From NCBI RefSeq assembly GCF_004010195.1, contig NC_057754.1, positions 7,467,428 through 7,531,427 of the forward strand: DNA of 64,000 bases, read 5' to 3'. The translations under genes and the position numbers were made by a program. This document shows, piece by piece, positions 50,536-61,333 of the stretch (the first letter of the stretch is position 1; every line of letters begins with the position of its first letter). Under the pieces are notes generated by a model, which was not told the origin of the DNA, searched no databases, and saw only the letters and a program-made list of their open reading frames with translations. This stretch comes from Chiloscyllium plagiosum. Lineage: Eukaryota.

Positions 50536-53319
50536 GCTATGTGCACCCAGCACCTACAATAATGGACACCTAAGGGCCACCCTGCCATCAATATGCCAAC
50601 ACCTGGTTCGGTCGGTCTGATCAGGATAATCGAACCTAATCAATCCATTGACAGCTCCTCAAGGCCCCCCCACCCAAATGGATGCAAAGACTTGGAAGGA
50701 TGGCTGCAAAGCCCCGTTCAGCGCAGTAACTCAAGAATAACCACTGAAAGAGAAGACACCTCCAAGACCATCGGAGGAAGAAGACGACACCACCACACAG
50801 AGCCTGGCCAAGTTCTGGTGTGGTTGTAAATGATCATACAGGGTTAGGTAAAGTATAAGATCGTTTGTAGTGTTTATCATGAGTTTATAGTATACTTTAT
50901 TGTTCTAATATTAATTGTGTTCAATAAATCAATATTATTGTTTATAAGATCAACTCTCAGTTCTTTTGCTTGAACTAAGAAGTTAAACACACTGTGTGGA
51001 AATGTAACACATCTATGTACTTGGCTCCCAGATAGCTAAACAGCTTGACATTGTGAACAGGATAGGGAGAAGCTATCGGTCCTCCGCAGTCTTAAGAGCT
51101 ATTTTTCTGTGCTATAAGAAAATAAAGCAATTTAAACCAAAACAAAACCAGTTTTATTTTTCCTTCGGCAATTGCTATAAGCCGTGACATCTAAATAAGT
51201 CACAGACTTTTATAAGTGTGACCTTAAACAAGTGAAAAGCCTCAACAGAAAGAAGATCAAGAAGCAGTGTTCTGATCAGCACAAGAACCATCTCAGTAGA
51301 TTTGTGGACAGAAACCACTGAACTGGTGTCTCACTCTTTCCCTCCTCCCATAACACCCATGTTGTGTTTTCTAACTGTGTCTGGCTGTGTGTGTGTCTGT
51401 TTGTAAGGGGGAGAGTTTTAACTAGTATTGAATTAGTATTTATCTAGTAGTTTTAACTATGCTGACAGTTTCATAATTGTTTACCTGTAGCGAGAGTCTA
51501 TTTATTTGTAATATAAAGGAATTCTTATTAAGTACGGAAACCTGGTCTGTGATTTCCTTCAGCCTGGATCTAAAAGTCTGGTAAATTGAGAAATTTTGCA
51601 CATTTTAAAAAATCTTTAACTTTTGTGATGACTCTGAAATAGTGGGGCTTGATTTTCAGTGCATTAATCCAATGGTGTGTAACAGGCAAATTACCTTAAA
51701 TCTGTGCCCTCTCATTCTTGATCCCTTCTTGAGTAGGCGCAGTTTTGCCCAATCCACTCTGTCGTGATCCCTCATGATTTTGACTGACAGTGCAATTGGA
51801 ATACTTACTGCCAAGGTATTTATTAATCTCCCATTCCATTCCTCTCATGCCATATCCATTTCATTTCTTCTCCTCTTCTTAACCCCATGCCTTCTTCATG
51901 AGCCCCCCACCCTCTTTCCATTCCTCCATCCACTCCAATCCATTTGTCCTCCCCCATGTCTCTCAATGCCTACGGCACACCCCTACCCCATTAAACATTG
52001 TGTTAAGTCCAGTCAGATTGTTCAGCAAATGTATAATGATTAGACCTTCTGCTGAAATAGATTTTTAAAAACGGTGTTGTGAGGACTTAAATGAATGAAA
52101 GTATATGAAGGCAGAGTGGGAATGGGCTACTGAGTTGGATGATCAGCCATGATCGTATAGAGTGGCGGAGAAGGCTTGAAGGGCCAAAAGGCTTGCTCTC
52201 ATCACGTCAAAAGCTAGTGCTTCCAAATACACCTGTTGGACCATAACCTGGTGTTGTGTGATTTTTAACTTTGGCCACCTCAGTCCAACACTGGCTCCTC
52301 CAAATCTATGGTATTCAGTTCACCAGGCACTGCCCATCATCCAAAACAGTACAGAAGCCAAACTTGTGTATTGTCACAGATGTTCAGGGCAGCCTCCACA
52401 AGTTCATTTTAAACTGTCTTCCGGCCACAGTCATTGCTCATCCCTAGTTACCCTTGAGAAGGTGAGGAGTGGTGAGTCTTCCACCGAACTGCTGTGCTCC
52501 ATGTCATGAAGATGTTCCCAGAGAGCTGGAGTTCCAGGATTTGACCCAGCACTGTTGGAGTAATGGCTAATATTTGTCCAAATTAGGATGGTACATGTCT
52601 TGGGAAGCAAAGTGGGATGTGATGGTGTCCCTATGCTGTTGGTGCTCTTGTCCTCTGCAACGGAAGCTACAGGAAGCCTCAATTGATTATCCTGGGGCAC
52701 CATGTAGATGCTACCCACTTTAGCCATGCTGCATCAATGATGGGGTTGGGACTGGTGCATTGGATATGGAATCCAATAGCAGTGCCACTGATCATGGCAA
52801 CTGCGCTGCCTCAGACAGGGTTGAGTTTCTCCAAGTCTCCCCCAGCAAGGTTAGTGATGACTATTCCATCAGACCTGACCTAGGACTTGTGGGCGTGAGT
52901 TGACTTTCGGGGGTGGTGGAAGGGGTGGTTTATTTTGTTTGCCACAAAAACCAGATGGAGACATTTGAAAGCTTCAGCGATGTTCATGCATTTGACGGGA
53001 GATACACTCTTCCCACGGGAAAAATGGATCTGCTCAAGCTGTCACCAAATATTTTGCATACGTACTACATTATTTGAATGTACAAATCAGCTATGATACT
53101 ATGATTCCATTTATCTGTTCGTAGTCAAATTCCAGCTAGGACATTAATAATAAATTAACACCAGGACATATATACAGGAAGGGAGAGAGCTAAACAGATA
53201 ACCAACTACAATGTCTTTAGTCTTGTTTTGAAGGGACATGTAGTGTTTACTGACAGGTAAATCTTATCTGCTTATTGCCCCAGTACAATGGCTTAATGTC
53301 TCAGGATGACACATCCTGA

Positions 53320-53840
53320 GATGGGGTACTGGGCTAATGGTCGGATACTTGGTAGTGTGGATGAGCAGAGGGATCTTGGTGTCCATGTACACAGATCTTT
53401 GAAAGTTGCCACCCAGGTAAATAGTGCGGTGAAGAAGGCATATGGCGTACTGGCTTTTATTGGTAGAGGAATTGAGTTCCGGAGTCCTGAGATCATGTTG
53501 CAGTTGTATAAGACTCTGGTGCGGCCGCATCTGGAGTATTGTGTGCAGTTTTGGTCGCCATACTATAGGAAGGATGTGGAGGCACTGGAACGGGTGCATA
53601 AGGGGTGGTAGGTATAGGACAGATGTTAGGGGTAGGTTCTTTACTCAGCGAGTCGTGAGTTCATGGAATGCCCTGCCAGTAGCAGTGGTGGACTCTCCCT
53701 CATTATGGGCATTTAAGCGGGCATTGGATAGGCATATGGAGGATAGTGGGCTAGTGTAGGTTAGGTGGGCTTGGATCGGCGCAACATCGAGGGCCAAAGG
53801 GCCTGTACTGCGCTGTATTCTTCTATGTTCTATGTTCTAT
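53320..53840 (+). mobile_element. Young, internally deleted CR1
   Basis: [25 protein letters not shown] is intact, CpGs are retained, and there is a (TTCTATG)n tail. Confidence 0.88.
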
Positions 53841-55210
53841 CCAGTCTTTTCTTGGGAAAAGAGTACATGGCAGTGGTATCATTTCCCTGTCCTGTCTAAT
53901 TCTAACTCTGGGGCATGACCATTTGTTTTAACCCTTTTCTCCTTTGTTCTGTCAATATGTCTGGCCTCCAGATGGATTAATTCAACTCCTTTTCAAAAGC
54001 TGCGTTCTTGTTCCAAATCCTGCCGAAGATTATTTAAACTTTTATTTTCCCCCTATCATGGGAGCTGGGGAAGATTCCATATCCATCATTATTTAGTGAC
54101 ACTGCCCACTATGTATCCATGTTGAACAAGAACAATCTGATGCCTGCCACAACTTTCCAAGCTGGCAGACAGTGAGTTCATTCTCTCAGTGAAATAGCAT
54201 TGGCTATTCACAGGGCTTGTAAGTCTCATTGAAGTCTTCAAGGTACTAACAGGAAAAGGCAGGGTTAATAAAGATAAACTATGCCCACTGTTTGGTGATT
54301 CTAGAAATTAGGACCACACTGTTCAGGAGAGATGCTAGGAAACACTTGTAAACATAAGGGATGTTAGATGTTTGGAACTCTTTTCCACAAATGGTATAGA
54401 GTCATGCAGCATAGAAACAGATCCTTCGGCTCAACCAGTCCATGCCGGCCATAATTCCAAACTTAAATAGTCACACCTGCCTGCGCTTGGCCCATATCCC
54501 TCCAAATGTTTCTTATTTATGTACTGAAACAAATATCTTTTAAATATTGTAACTAGTTGGTGCTCAATCAGTTGTTAGTTTTAAATCTGAGATGGGTTTT
54601 TTTTGTTAACCAAAGGAATTAAAGAATATAGGTCAAAGGCAAGTACATGGAGTTAGACCACAGATCAGCCATACTCTCACTGAATGGTAGAACAGACTCA
54701 AGGGACTGAATGGCCTACTCCTATTCTTACGTTTCTATGTTCCTATATGAAATAGAGAGTGCTGATTGATTGATTGAGTGCTTTCAATATATACATAGAG
54801 ACCACTGGGTTAGTAGTTAGGAGGTTGACATATTGTAATGGTACATTTTGTAAATAAAGAAATTCACACTCAAGAAAGAGGATGTGTATCTAATTTCATG
54901 TTTCACCATCTGGCTTGGGATCTCTTTATCATGAGGCGATAACATGTTACCCTCCACTGGGGTCAAGGTGTTCAAAGTCTGATGCGGGTTGCTGAGCATC
55001 GGAGTTTCATGATTGTGTTGTTGAACTTTATCTGTATAAAAATCTCAGGTGGTTGCTAATCGATAACTGCAGGTTACATATTAGCCTGATATTGCTAATC
55101 AGATTGAAGCCTTCTATTGGTACAAGATTGCCAGATCTGCATATGAGCAGAGGGCAGGCTACTTCGGGGATTTGAGCTGGTTATTGTTTTGCTGAGAGCC
55201 AAGGCTGAGG

Positions 55211-55410
55211 ATGAAGAACTGGCACATCGCTTTGATCACCGGAATCACCGGAGCTGTTGCCCTTGCCGTCGGACTCCTGATCGGCCACTATGCCATCCTG
55301 AAGCATGGCAACGCAGAACAGGGGCATGACTCCATTGGGGACATTGACGAGTCCCTCATCCAGCACTTCATGAGCGAGATTGACAACAAGCGGATCGAGG
55401 ACAACTTGAG
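55211..55410 (+). CDS. NAALADL1: NAALADL1 coding exon 1 (type II signal-anchor; M28 peptidase family)
   Basis: MKNWHIALITGITGAVALAVGLLIGHYAI...DNKRIEDNLR matches the NAALADL1 pattern (short cytoplasmic tail, GHFAI, RIRENLR); donor AG|gtatgg, phase 2. Confidence 0.88.
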
Positions 55411-55947
55411 GTATGGGTATGGCTGAAACTAGAGATGTGTTCAATTCTGGCCACCAGAGCTTAGGGAGGACGTCAAGGTCATGGCGAGGGTGCAGTAGAT
55501 ATTCACCTGGGATGACGACTTTCAGGGAATGTGGAGAGACTGGAAAACCTGGTATTGTTTTCTTTAGAACAGAGGAGATTAAGGGGAAGATTTAACAGCC
55601 GTGTTTGAAATCATGAAGAACTTCCTAGTGTAAATGAGGAGAAATCATTGCCAGGGACCAAGGAGGGTGGATAACCAGAGGGACACAGATTTGAGATTAT
55701 TGGCAAAAAAAAAAGCCAATATGGTTTGGCTACTCACAGAATTATTACAGTGCATACGGAGCCCATTTGACCCATCGTGTCTGCACAAGCTCATTAAGTG
55801 AAACCACTACCTGGCACCAGTCTCCTGCTCTCTCCGACACCCTTGTATATTATTTTTATCCAAGTAGTCATCCAAAGCCTTCTTGAATCCCTCCATTGAA
55901 CCGTCTCTATCACACTTCAGGGCTGTTTTGATTTACAGTTGGTTGTT

Positions 55948-56238
55948 TAGATTAGATTCAATTCCCTACAGTGTGGAAACAAGTCCTTTGGCCCAGCAAG
56001 TCCACACCGACCCTCCGAAGAGTAACCCACCCAGACCCATTTCCCTCTGATTAAAGCACCTAACATCATGGTCAATTTAGCATGGCCAATTCACCTGACC
56101 TGCACATCTGTGGGAGGAAACCGGAGCATCTGGAGGAAACCAATGCAGAATGTGCACACTCCATACAGACAGTCTGGAATCGAACCTGGGTCCCTGGTGC
56201 TGTGAGGCAGCAGTGCTAACCACTGAGCCACTGTGCCA
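55948..56238 (-). mobile_element. tRNA-derived SINE (HE1-type)
   Basis: Head ggcacagtggctcagtggttagcactgctgcc and B box ggttcgattcc on the minus strand. Confidence 0.8.
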
Positions 56239-56772
56239 TTGTTAGCTCATGCAGTGAGTGTGATGCACAACACTGCCTGAAGGACTGCTGAAGCAGATTC
56301 AATTGCAACTTTCCAAAGGAAATCATACAAGTAAGACCATCAGACGTGGGAGCAGAAGATTGTCCGTCAGTCCATTGGGTTTACTCTGTCATTCAATGCC
56401 ATCATGGCTGGTCTGACAATCCTCAACTTTCCTGCCTTTTCCCATAACCCTTGATTCCCTTACTGACTAAAACTTTGTCTCTCAACCTTGAACATACCTA
56501 TCAACCTAGCCTCAAAAGTTCTTGAGGCAAAATTCCCTATGCTCTGAAAGAAATTCCTCTTTACCTCTGTCCTAAGTGGGTGGCATTATTCTGAGATTAT
56601 ACCCTCGGGTGCTAGACTCTCCCACAGGGGAAGTGACTTTTCTACATCTACCCTGTCAAGCCCTATAAACTCTTTTATGTTTCAATAAGCTGCCGGTCAT
56701 TATTCTATATTCCAATAAGCATAGGCCCAACCTGCTCAACCTCTCCTCTATAAGACAGTCTTTTCATAAGTG

Positions 56773-56914
56773 AAGCTTTGACAAAGGGTCAGTTAGACTC
56801 GAAACGTCAGCTCTTTTCTCTCCTTACAGATGCTGCCAGACCTGCTGAGATTTTCCAGCATTTTCTCTTTTGGTTTCAGATTCCAGCATCTGCAGTAATT
56901 TGCTTTTATCCGTT
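56773..56914 (+). mobile_element. Hammerhead-like short element with 12-bp TSD, at the edge of a minus-strand CR1 fragment (about 56330-56760)
   Basis: TTTTCATAAGTG at 56761-56772 and 56915-56926; agct-TTGACAA-AGGGTC..GACTC-GAAACGTC-agct. Confidence 0.72.
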
Positions 56915-57649
56915 TTTTCATAAGTGGTATCACCTTGTGCAGGATAACTAACCCAGTGTCATTACCATTATGCTCCACTCTTTTATGAGAAGTATGAAGT
57001 GAGGCAGTAAGGATTGTGAAGAGGCAGTATCAACTCAATGGCATAGTTCTAAAGAGTGTTCAAGAACACGGAAACCTAGTGGGGGGAGTGCATAGGTGAC
57101 ATATCGAATGAGTAGTTAGCAAAGTGTCAGCTCACTTGGGAATCAAGCTCCCACTGTTCCTGATGTCACCACAAAAGTTAAACATTCTAAAATGTGAGTA
57201 AATTTACTCCAATTTACCTGATTTTAGACCCAAGCTGATGTAAAGGAAGGACCAGGTGTCTGTACTTAACAAGAACGACTATTTATTCCATATAAATAAG
57301 GCCTAGTTAAAGGTGAACAGTTAGAAACCTTCAGCATGTAACTCTACCAATTAAAACTGCATATAAACTCCCTTTTACACTCACACAGATAAGAGAATTT
57401 AAAAAAAAAGAATTGGCGCTGTGGATGGAAGGAAAACTGTTAAGATGGATTGACCATGCTAAATTGTTCATAGTGTCCACGGATGTGTAAATTCGATAGC
57501 TTAGCCAATGGGAATGCAAGGTTATATAAATACGGTAATAGGTGGGTCTGGGTTGGATGCTCTTCAGGTCAGTGTGGACCTGGTGGGCTGAATGGCCTGC
57601 TTCCACATCGTAGGAATTCTTATGATTCTATGTATAGGTAGTCCAGCTA

Positions 57650-59805
57650 GGGAAGCAGACATATTAAATCATATATTTGGGCAGAGAATTTTGGGAATAG
57701 TGATCATAATTCTGCAAGTTTTAAAGTTCCAACGTAGTTACGTAAGAGGGTAAGTCTGGTCCTCAGATGAAAGTACTAAATTGAAGGAAGGCTTCTTACA
57801 ACGGTGTTAGGAAAAATTGGATTGGGCCAGCTGTTTGAATGTAAATCCACATCTGATATGTGGGAGTCGTTTAAAAGCCAGTTGACCAGAGTTTAGGACC
57901 GGCATGTTCCTGTGAGGTAATGTAAGGTTTAGGAAACATAGATTAAACAAGGCCCTTGAGGAGTGTGAAGAAAACAGAAAAGAACTTAAAAATGAAATTA
58001 GCAGGGCCAGAAAGGACAAGGGAATGACCTTGGAAATAAGGATTAAGGATAATCCCAAGACATTTTATGGAATTTATGTGTGGAGCCAGAGGAATGGGTG
58101 AGGCCCTTATTGAGCACTTCACAACGGTATTCACTAAGGAGAAAGACATGGATGACAAGTTTAGGGAGGGATTTGTTTATTCTTTAAGGTGTATCAGTAT
58201 TAAGAAGAAGGAGGTGTTGGGTATCTTGAAAAAGATTAAGGTAGGTAAGTCCCCAGCGGCTGAAGGGATCTATGCCAGGTTACTGAAGGAGGCAAGGGGC
58301 CTTGACAGAAATCTTTTATCCTCTTTAGCCAGAGGTAGCATCACAGAAGACTGGAGAATAGCCAGGGTTGTTCCTTTGTTCAAGAATGGCAGCAAGGATA
58401 ATCCAGGAAATTATAGGCACTTTTAGGGATAGTCAGCTTAATGCAGGGGAGTGGGGGGGGGGTGGTTTACTGCTCCTCGGATGCTGCCTGAACTGCTGTG
58501 CTTTTCCAGCACCACTCTAATCTAGACTCTGGTTTCCAGCAACTGCAGTCATTGTTTTTACCTTAATACAGGGGAGGTCTTGTCTCAAAAATCCAGTTGA
58601 GGTTTTTGAGGAACTGACAAAGATGATTGTTTAGGGTAAGGCGGTGGATGTTTTCTACACAGACTTTACTAAAGAATTTGACAGGGTGGCTGGTCCAGAA
58701 AATCAAATCGCATGGAATCCGTGCTGAGTTGGCAAGTGGATACAAAATTGGCGTGGCCGTAGAAGGCAGAGGATAGTTGTTTCCTGACATGAGGTCTGTG
58801 ACCACTGATGTTCCGGAAAGATCAGTGCTGGGACCTCTGTTGTTTGTGATATATATATATATATAAATGATTTGGATGAAAATATTGATGGTCTGATTAG
58901 CAAATTTGCAGATGACATGATAATTGATGGCACAATGGATATTGAGGAAGGATGTCAATGGATGTGGCAGGATATAGATGAGCTGGAAAGTTGGATGGAG
59001 AAAAGGCAAATGGAGTTTAATCTGGACAATTGTGAGGTGATGCATTTTGGGAGGTCAAATACAAGAGGAAAGTATATTGTAAATGGCTGGGCCCTTAGGA
59101 CCATTGATATACAGAGGGATTTTGGGGTGTAAGGCCGTAGCTCCCTGAAAGTGGCAACATGAATGGATAAGATGGGAAAAATATTGTACAGCATGCTTGC
59201 CCTCATCGGTTTGGGTATTGAGTTTAAAAGTTGGCAAGTCATGATGCAACTACATAAGACTTTGGTCAGGCCACATTTGGGTACTGTGCACTGCTCTGGC
59301 TGCCGCATCATAAGAAGGATGTGGAGGCTTTGGAGAGGGTGCAGAAGAGGTTTACCAGGATGTTACCTGGATTGAAGAGTATTTGCTATAAGGAGAGAGG
59401 TTTGACAAACTTGGATTGTTGGAGGCTGAGTGAGCAACCTGATAGTAATTTATAAAATAATGAGAGGCATGGATAGGGTAGACGGTTGGAATTTTTCTCC
59501 CAGGATGGAAATATCAAATACCAGGGGTCCTAGGTTTAGGGTGAGAGGAGGCAAGTTCAAAGGAGATGTGCAAGGAAAATGTTTTACAGGGTAGTTGGTG
59601 CCTGGAGTGCACTGCCAGGGGAGGTGGCAGAAGCAAATCCGACAGCAAAGTTTAAGAGGCATTTTACAGACACGTGAATAGGCAGAGAATAGCAGGATAT
59701 GGATCATGTGCAAGTGGATGAGATTAATTGAGAGTAGCATCATGGTCAGCACAGACGTGGTGGGTCAAAGGGCTTGTTTCTGTGCTGTACTGTTCTATGC
59801 TCTGT
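57650..59805 (+). mobile_element. CR1 LINE relic in NAALADL1 intron 1, with a short-element insertion at about 58451-58561
   Basis: EDWRIARVVPLFKNG, ISKFADDM and LHKTLVRPHL motifs; imperfect direct repeat cttaat(g/a)cagggga flanks the insertion. Confidence 0.88.
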
Positions 59806-59939
59806 TTAAAGTGATCAGCCTGTAGTTGCCCTTGCAATGGGTCTATTTATGTGATTTAGATTTTGTCACTTTAGGACAGATCATGTTACATACAGACCCT
59901 TACTGAGAAAGGAATTACATTATGTGATATGGGGAATCA

Positions 59940-60166
59940 CTTAGAGACAAAATAAACTGCAGATGTTGGAATCCAAGGAAGACAAGCAGGATGCTGGAAG
60001 AGCACAGCAGGCCAGACAGCATCAGGAGGAGGAGAGGCCAACATTTCGGGTGTAACCTGAATAAAGGTTTCAGTCCTGAAAAAGGGTTACACTGAAAACG
60101 TTGACTTCTCCACCTCCTGATGCTGTCTGGCTTGCTGTGTTCTTCCAGCCTCCTGCTTGTCTTCCT
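59940..60166. mobile_element. Fold-back Penelope terminal-repeat insertion with 10-bp TSD
   Basis: TGGGGAATCA at 59930-59939 and 60167-60176; inverted arms at about 59973-60057 and 60084-60169; same family as 2152-2283. Confidence 0.78.
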
Positions 60167-60395
60167 TGGGGAATCATTTGGCGATCTGAAAACAGCAGCA
60201 AATACACTGACTCACAATGCCACCAGGTATCTGTGATGTAGAGGTGCTGATGTTGGACTGGGTTGGACAAAGTCAAAAATCACACAACACCAGGATGGAC
60301 TATAACCTGACAAGATATCTACTTAGTTATTGCATGTATGTATTTGATTTGATGCTCCGGGCACTCATATACTGTATTGAATTTTCCTGTCATAG

Positions 60396-60568
60396 GGAAC
60401 TGTCTGAAAAGCCACATATGGCCACAACCAAAGGGGATATTGATCTGGTCAAGTTGATGTTAGACAGATGGCAGAACAAAGAGACAGGTTTGGATGAAGC
60501 AAAGAAGGTGACGTATAATGTGTGGTTGTCCTTTCCGCAGAAGGACAAACCTAACAGTGTTACTGTAG
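60396..60568 (+). CDS. NAALADL1: NAALADL1 coding exon 2 (gene continues beyond the window)
   Basis: catag|G GAA...GTA G|gtaaga; ELSEKPHMATTKGDIDLVKLMLDRWQNKETGLDEAKKVTYNVWLSFPQKDKPNSVTV matches the PH.A and Y.V.LS.P...PN motifs; in frame with exon 1. Confidence 0.92.
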
Positions 60569-60604
60569 GTAAGAACACCCACTTCAGCAATCACATCAAA
60601 TATC

Positions 60605-61333
60605 CCAGCACAGATTGGACTCAGTAAAGGTTTCCCTGCACTGTCTAGTCATGCAATTCCACAGGAATTGGATTCAGTGTAATGCTGTGTGTACACTGTC
60701 CCCGTCAAATACTCCCCAGTACAGGGTCAGCACAGGGTTAGATACAGAGTAAAGCTCCCTCTACACTGTCCCCAACAAACACTTCCCAGGACAAGGACAG
60801 CATGGGGTTAGATACAGAGTAAAACTCTCTCTACACTGTCCCCCATCAAATACTCCCAGAACAAGGACAGCACGGGGTTAGTACAGAGTAAAACTCATTC
60901 TACAATCTTCCCCATCAAACACTCCCAGGACTGGGACAGCATAGTAAAGGTTTCCCTGCACTGTCTAGTCATGCAATTCTGCACGAATTGGATTCAGTGT
61001 AAAGCTCTCTCTACACCATCAAACACTCAAAAGCACTCTCTACACTCCCAATACAGGGACAGTATGGGGTTACATAGAGAGTAAAGCTCTCAAACACTCC
61101 CAGGACAGGGATAGCATGGGGTTAGATACAGAGTACAGCTCCCTCTACACTGTCCCCCATCAAACATTCACAGGGACAGGGTCAGCATGGGGTTATATAC
61201 AGAGTAAAGCTCTCTTTACACTGTCCCCCTCAAACACTCCCCAGGGGAGGGACAGCACAGACTTATATACAGCGTAAAGCTCTCTGTACACTGTCCCCTC
61301 AAACACTCCCAGAACAGGGACAGCATGGGTTAG
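60605..61333. repeat. Tandem satellite, unit about 70 bp, about 10 degenerate copies
   Basis: Unit ggacagcacggggttagatacagagtaaagctccctctacactgtcccccatcaaacactcccaggacag. Confidence 0.9.

Noticed and set aside
60605..61333. Possible CRISPR array
   Set aside because: Contiguous tandem satellite with no unique spacers, in vertebrate DNA.
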